Shown here piece after piece: positions 13,081 through 16,409 of a stretch of 16,409 nt of DNA. The position numbers and the translations under genes were made by a program. The stretch is from Promethearchaeota archaeon (GTDB lineage Archaea; Asgardarchaeota; Lokiarchaeia; Sigyniarchaeales; SOKP01), in assembly GCA_048940645.1 (NCBI GenBank), contig JBHLOI010000069.1:1-16409 (forward strand), in the 5' to 3' direction. Each line of letters begins with the position of its first letter. Position 1 is the first letter of the stretch. The notes beneath the pieces were generated by a model. The model did not search any database and was not told the DNA's origin. It saw only the letters and a list, made by a program, of their open reading frames with translations.

Positions 13081-16000
13081 TTGAAAAAATATAAAAAGAA
13101 AATTCTAGCTATTAGCTGTTTAGCGATAATACTAATAGGATCCTTGATACAGATTCAAAATACTGTGGTATTTACCAATGAATTTAAAAATCTAGAGGAA
13201 AAATGTTTTCAAAATGAGGATGCTAATAATATTTGCTCCCATAATATTTTAAACGATGAAGAGAATCCAATAATTCCTCCAGAGTTTTGGGAAATATTAT
13301 CTAATTTAGATGCAGATAACTGGGGTTATGAAGAGTGGAAAAGATACGCAATTGTCGATTTTAGCAATCTAACAGAGGAAGCATTTTATCAATACACTGA
13401 AAATCATCCCGAAGCAAACTACTATCTCAATATACTGATTCGGTTATTATGGGGAACTTATAATCACACCTTAAGTGAAAATGAAAGCCAGAGTTTAATA
13501 AATCAACTGAAGCAGAATCATACTACCAAGATAACTTCATGCGATATATCCCAATTTGATGATAATAAGGTTGTTATTGATGTAACCTATTATGTACATT
13601 CTGTTCCTTGGTGGCAGGATTTGGCATTAACCCTCGAAGTTCGATTTAATAGTGATAGAGAAGGTAGCCAGTGGTATAGAACATTCCCAGATCCTGAAAC
13701 TGTAACCTTTTATTACTGGAATACAGGACCTTATACATACAATGTACGGAGTTTTGGTGGATATCCTCTGAATTCAGGAAAAAGAGTATATAACAAGTAT
13801 TTGCAAACGGTTGATAAAGATGTATTTGATGACAAGGGCACGCCTTATACTGAACATATTGAAATTTCAACAGGATTTTTAGAGACTAATTTAGTTATCC
13901 ACACAATAATAACTTCTATGGTCCCACCTTGGAAGTACACATTTAGTACAACTTACCATTGTAATAATACTATAGAAGTACTCGACGATGATGATGATCC
14001 TCCTGAGTTTGAAGATTTTCAAGCTTGTTTCGAAGGGGATTATCCCCAAAATAAGGAACCAGGCAAAATACTTTACATTTTCACTGATCCTAATAATCCA
14101 AGCAAACCTTTAAACGATACAGACATATTAATACGCACGACTTATTCTGATGCATCGGGCGTCGATTGGTCAAAAAAACGGATTCTCTACCAATTTAAAG
14201 ATGAGAATGGGAATCTGCTTTATGAAAGTGGAGAAATTTATCAAAAAACCGGAGCTCGACCCATGGATTTTTTTAGAATACCGAACACTACAATAAATCA
14301 AACAGGTTGGAGAGATCAATTTGACGAATTAGATTCTATAGAAATAAGTTGTATAGCTGCTGATCTTGATAATGACAGAGTGAATGATTATTTGGAGTCA
14401 CAATGGACCCAATGGATCAGGGTAGCAAAAGTAGTCAACCAAACACTCGATCTTGAACTATTCAATATTCAACTTGAATATTCGAACGATATTTTGAAAC
14501 CATCCGTGAAATATAATCCTTATGTAGGAGAAAATATAGCATTTTCACTTACATTGGTTAATGGGATGCAAAACGATGTACAAGTAAAGCAAATACAATA
14601 CGCGGTAGTGCCTGCTGATCACCCAATTGAACCAACTTATATTACTCAGAGTTTAACTTCATTTAAAATTCCTAACGGAGGAAGCGGCTCCACACCATGG
14701 TTCAATCCACCTGAATTACTTGAGCAATTTGATGAAATTGGGAATTATACTATTTTAATAAGAGTATTTTATACCCATCTTTTACAAGCTTTCTTGGCAG
14801 ATTTCGAAGATTCTTTCGAGGTGACAACACCTGAGAAACCCTTAATATCATTTTTTTCCGAAGACCTTAATCTAAATCTGCAGAAATTTACCTTATTGAC
14901 TGACTTTTTTATGTATTATAAGAATCTACTATTCAATATTCCAAAAGTAAGTGAATGGACTATTACAGTTGAAAATCCTTCTAGATTAAAAGTAAATGCT
15001 CATGATACATTAAGATTTGAATTGACTCATCTTAAGGGAAGAAGTTCTAATAAACTATGGATTAGGGATGGTAGTGCCATTGACATATCCGTTAATCCTC
15101 TCAATTCTGAGACTTATCCATTCAGTCTTGAAATCACGGATACAACCGTATTTCCAACTCTCTATTCGCAATTGCCAAATTGGCTCGAACTTTGTTTTTC
15201 AACATCGATTTTTGATGCTTTTGCAAGTTTTATAGGCTTTCATGACATTTTAGATTTTTTAAACATATTTGATACGAGTGATGTTGGAGGTTATATGGCT
15301 TTAGGGGAGGACGCGCGAGCTCTTATAGGAGATATTTATCTTTTTTATGAACATTTATATTTAGATTGGATTAATATTTTTAATATAAATTGCCTGACTG
15401 AGGATATCTCCTGGAACTATTACTCATCAGCAAACGAGGAAAAGTTTTCAAGATTATACTACGATGTAATAAATACAACTGAATTAAGTTTCAACGTGAC
15501 TACATCTATGAGTCCAAAGCAAACAGAAGAAATGTATAAATACTTTGACTATCAGCAAGTAATAATTGGTTTGGACATTGCCAGCTTAGCAGTGGGTGTT
15601 GTGGGTCTTGTTTCATCTAATCCATATGTTGCAGCAGCGTGCCTGGCTGCAAGTGTAGGTTTATTTATTGCGAAATTGATAGCTGAGGACGAAAGAGATA
15701 AAGCTAGAGAGCGATGTGATGATCCCCAACCTCCTAAGGGGGATTATACCCTACCTGTGGTTAGAAATTATACGGAAGCAGTAATACCTCGTGATTTTGA
15801 AAACAATCCCCGCTATACTTCGGTAGTGTATGAATTGGCTCAAAGTGTTAAGAACCTAGAAGTAGAAAGGGAGGTTCAACAAGAAATTAGAAATCGCATG
15901 AATAAGGCCATAGAAGACAATGAAACCGTATGGGTACAATTTCAGTTGAATGATTTAAGGGAAAGTATCGAATTAGAAGCACTGTATACAATGCAATATC

Positions 16001-16409
16001 ACAATGCCTTAAGAGAATATAATTCACTTTTTATTGAAGAAATGGTGAACGCTAATATTACTGATCAGGACATATTATTTGCTGAAAATTATGTAGAAGA
16101 AAATGGTATAACTCCGGAATTACAACAGAAATTAAACTTTATTGAAGAGCGTGAGAAAGAAATAACGTGGAATGTAGGTAATATTTCGGAATATGAAATA
16201 GTATCTCAACCTGATGGAGTAGCTGTTCATAACTCTGGAAATGACTATTCATATCTCGAATATTTTAGTGATTTTAATATAAATTTAGAAAAATTAAATG
16301 AATTTAATAGCGAAGTAAATGAGGAAATTAATAAATTAGCAATTGAGGAATACATAGATATTTCAACAAAGAGTGGATTTCCTTCTTATCAATTAAATGA
16401 AATAGATAT
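13081..16409 (+). CDS. Large exported protein (>1109 aa, truncated by the window edge): signal/anchor, Ig-like beta domains, hydrophobic helical hairpin, helical C-terminal part
   Basis: Hand translation from the TTG at 13081 (in-frame TGA at 13072 upstream) is open to the end of the window. MKKYKKKILAISCLAIILIGSLIQI; DDDDDPP...DASG...AADLDNDRVND; YVGENIAFSLTLVN...GNYTILIRV; many N-x-S/T sequons; hydrophobic stretch at 15559-15684. Confidence 0.9.
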   Translation, partial: MKKYKKKILAISCLAIILIGSLIQIQNTVVFTNEFKNLEEKCFQNEDANNICSHNILNDEENPIIPPEFWEILSNLDADNWGYEEWKRYAIVDFSNLTEEAFYQYTENHPEANYYLNILIRLLWGTYNHTLSENESQSLINQLKQNHTTKITSCDISQFDDNKVVIDVTYYVHSVPWWQDLALTLEVRFNSDREGSQWYRTFPDPETVTFYYWNTGPYTYNVRSFGGYPLNSGKRVYNKYLQTVDKDVFDDKGTPYTEHIEISTGFLETNLVIHTIITSMVPPWKYTFSTTYHCNNTIEVLDDDDDPPEFEDFQACFEGDYPQNKEPGKILYIFTDPNNPSKPLNDTDILIRTTYSDASGVDWSKKRILYQFKDENGNLLYESGEIYQKTGARPMDFFRIPNTTINQTGWRDQFDELDSIEISCIAADLDNDRVNDYLESQWTQWIRVAKVVNQTLDLELFNIQLEYSNDILKPSVKYNPYVGENIAFSLTLVNGMQNDVQVKQIQYAVVPADHPIEPTYITQSLTSFKIPNGGSGSTPWFNPPELLEQFDEIGNYTILIRVFYTHLLQAFLADFEDSFEVTTPEKPLISFFSEDLNLNLQKFTLLTDFFMYYKNLLFNIPKVSEWTITVENPSRLKVNAHDTLRFELTHLKGRSSNKLWIRDGSAIDISVNPLNSETYPFSLEITDTTVFPTLYSQLPNWLELCFSTSIFDAFASFIGFHDILDFLNIFDTSDVGGYMALGEDARALIGDIYLFYEHLYLDWINIFNINCLTEDISWNYYSSANEEKFSRLYYDVINTTELSFNVTTSMSPKQTEEMYKYFDYQQVIIGLDIASLAVGVVGLVSSNPYVAAACLAASVGLFIAKLIAEDERDKARERCDDPQPPKGDYTLPVVRNYTEAVIPRDFENNPRYTSVVYELAQSVKNLEVEREVQQEIRNRMNKAIEDNETVWVQFQLNDLRESIELEALYTMQYHNALREYNSLFIEEMVNANITDQDILFAENYVEENGITPELQQKLNFIEEREKEITWNVGNISEYEIVSQPDGVAVHNSGNDYSYLEYFSDFNINLEKLNEFNSEVNEEINKLAIEEYIDISTKSGFPSYQLNEID

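Noticed and set aside
13646-13870. 74-aa minus-strand ORF
   Set aside because: Antisense shadow of the 13081..>16409 gene.
1-16409. CRISPR array, tRNA/rRNA, transposase/integrase, diversity-generating retroelement
   Set aside because: No regularly spaced repeats, RNA-gene signatures, recombinase or reverse-transcriptase motifs seen by eye. The two 28-bp copies are placed like promoters and have no adjacent integrase, so att sites are unlikely.

Overview
AT-rich archaeal-type window, most consistent with an Asgard archaeon (Lokiarchaeia-like). This is inferred from gene content: a Rab-like small GTPase with no prenylation motif, two proteins ending in longin-like domains, TPR and winged-helix expansions, and oligo-T terminators. 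I find ten probable CDSs, two of which are absent from the supplied ORF track because they run off the window edges (1..1692 minus; 13081..>16409 plus, TTG start). Gene order: membrane-anchored alpha/beta hydrolase (-); Gly-rich surface protein; triple-wHTH regulator; 7TM-longin protein; TPR-longin protein; Rab-like GTPase; alpha/beta hydrolase; wHTH-TPR protein (-); second triple-wHTH paralog; >1100-aa secreted protein with a hydrophobic hairpin. Two signals stand out. First, a 7TM-longin / TPR-longin / Rab-like GTPase cluster looks like a membrane-receptor-to-small-GTPase module. Second, a 28-bp element (25/28 identical) sits upstream of both otherwise unrelated exported-protein genes, each next to one of the two paralogous triple-wHTH regulators. 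Together these suggest a candidate sensing and regulatory system for cell-surface proteins. All domain calls are by eye; no searches were run.
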